A stretch of 63,920 bases of DNA, the filler included, from Octopus bimaculoides (taxonomy: Eukaryota), in NCBI RefSeq assembly GCF_001194135.2. It is 8 parts of 6 records of this genome, joined end to end, with 100 filler letters (N's around TTAATTAATTAA, not from the genome) between each part and the next. Parts side by side here need not be neighbours in the genome. Positions count along the whole stretch, not along the records: positions 61,617 to 63,920 come from NC_068984.1; 7 more parts are not named here. The stretch is one strand, 5' to 3'. The notes under the pieces were generated by a model. The model saw nothing but the letters and a program-made list of their open reading frames with translations, was not told the origin of the DNA and did not search any database. The translations under genes were made by a program, and so were the position numbers. Positions 62,398 through 63,920 of the stretch are shown piece after piece (the stretch's first letter is position 1; every line of letters begins with the position of its first letter).

Positions 62398-62541
62398 TTC
62401 AATCGAGAGAAACCAAGAAATAAAAATAAAGATCAAAATAGAAATAAAAATAAAATTGTGAAAAGACAGACAGGCCATATAGAAAGTTAAAGGCAAAACA
62501 GGTAAAGATATAATTAGGGTAAGAAATAAATACTAATTATG

Positions 62542-62756
62542 ATTCTTTCTACTATAGGCACAAGGCCTGAAATATGGTGGGAGGGGGCCAGTCGATTAGA
62601 TCGACTCCAGTACGCAACTGGTACTTAATCCATCGACTCCGAAAAGATGAAAAGCAAATTCGACTTGGGCGGAATTTGAACTCAGAACATAAAGACAGAC
62701 GAAATACCGCTAAGCATTTCGCCAGGTGTGCGAATGATTCTGCCAGCTCGACACCT
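62542..62756 (-). mobile_element. Family B SINE, full length, adjacent to (GAA)n
   Basis: Head, body and the ggccttgtgcctatagtagaaagaat tail are all present on the minus strand. Confidence 0.85.
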
Positions 62757-62879
62757 GAAGAAGAAGAAGAAGAAGAAGAAGAAGAAGAAGAACAAGAACA
62801 AGAAGAAGAAGAAGAAGGGGAGGAGGTGGCGGATGAAGAGAAAAGGATCCTCCCCCTCCATTTCCTTCTGTGCACCTAT

Positions 62880-63760
62880 GAGGCTCCCCGACATTGTTTC
62901 GAGTCCACCGACTTTGTTTCTTCATAACTTCCACAAAAAAAAAAATGAATATTTTTCTATAAATATGCTTTAGATGATGTAGAATACGGTTATGTAGAAT
63001 ACGGAATTTGTAGCAAAAAAACAATTTCCCGAGGTTGGAGTGAAGAGTTTCGGAGTATTCACTCTAGTCACTTTTGTTACCTCATATCTTTCTAAAAAGA
63101 AATGGATATTTTTCAGATTAAATTTTCTGCAAATACCTTTTAGAGTGTGTAGATTACGATTATATTGTTAATTAATATGAAAATAAGAAAATTGGTGATC
63201 TCGTATACATGCATATTAACATACATCGCAATTTTGTTTCCGATATTTCAAGTTTTATTTTGTAGTTATATGTGATGTGTGCCAACATGGACGGACCCAA
63301 GGGTGGAGGCCTGAGAGTCACATCCCCGTCCCCACCTCAAGAAAAAAAGTGCGCCCTTCTAAATAATGTTATTACGCCCTTCTCTCCTGAAATTGTATTC
63401 CCTTCTGACCTTGTGCCCTTCCTTCGAAAAATTCCTAGGACAGCGCCTGGCCAGAATGTATTGTGTACAAGAGCACCAATTTGTTTTGTTTTTTTTTCTA
63501 TCAAATTCCGATGTAATTGTGAGCCTACGCACACTGAAAGGTATTTGCAGAAAATTTCATTAGAAAAATTACCCATTTTCCTGAAAGTTATGAGGAAACA
63601 AAGCCAGCTGACTAGACTGAATTTTCTGAAACACCTCACCCCATCCTCGGAAAAATTTTTTTCAGCACAAATTACGATATAATCGAAACCTATACCATCT
63701 GAAGAGTATTTATAGAAAATTTCATTAAAAAAAATCATTTTTTTCATTATGAGTAAACAA
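62880..63760. mobile_element. Foldback-like element, same family as 29370-29880
   Basis: The ~65-bp motif occurs twice forward (about 62940, 63100) and twice inverted (about 63510-63585, 63675-63745); ccaccgactttgtttc is shared with the reverse complement of 29850-29875. Confidence 0.55.
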
Positions 63761-63786
63761 AGTCATTTGGGAGCATACATGTATAA

Positions 63787-63920
63787 GTATACTCTTTTAC
63801 TCTTTTATTTGTTTCAGTCATTTGACTGCGGCCATGCTGGAGCACCCCAAGACTTATTATTTGTAAGTCTAGTACTAATTCTATCGGCCTCTCTTGCCGA
63901 ACCGCTAAGTTACGGGGACG
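63787..63920 (-). mobile_element. Family A SINE, 3' half, running off the window end
   Basis: tactcttttactcttttatttgtttcagtcatttgactgcggccatgctggagcac...gaaccgctaagttacggggacg. Confidence 0.85.

Noticed and set aside
384-63747. Most ORFs in the supplied track (poly-I/L/N/S/H/K/Y-C-V, and long X-containing ORFs)
   Set aside because: They are translations of microsatellites or N gaps and show no domain-like content.

Overview
Eukaryotic, AT-rich, gap-rich (N) scaffold dominated by microsatellites and decayed transposable elements. The SINE families, the extreme microsatellite density and the TTAATTAATTAA gap linkers suggest an octopus (coleoid cephalopod) draft assembly; this is inference from pattern memory, not a search. 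No intact host gene is demonstrable, and nearly all ORFs in the supplied track are translations of microsatellites or N gaps. Supportable features: several tRNA-derived SINE families, Penelope-like (GIY-YIG) remnants, Tx1/L1-like, RTE and restriction-like-endonuclease LINE fragments, a Ty3/Gypsy pol fragment, a near full-length decayed mariner, a Tc1 fragment, hAT- and piggyBac-type MITEs, and an internally deleted Helitron with both termini and an internal ~230-250 bp tandem array. The most notable signal is a set of three type I hammerhead ribozyme candidates on the minus strand (17470-17569, 24293-24390, 60823-60910), with a weaker fourth on the plus strand (62262-62314). The three share one unusual architecture: a 6-nt (near-)palindromic stem III, a GUA cleavage triplet, a 51-59 nt stem II insert and a non-canonical base of stem II. 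There is also a tentative two-exon start of a host gene (49884-49911 + 56151-56197).
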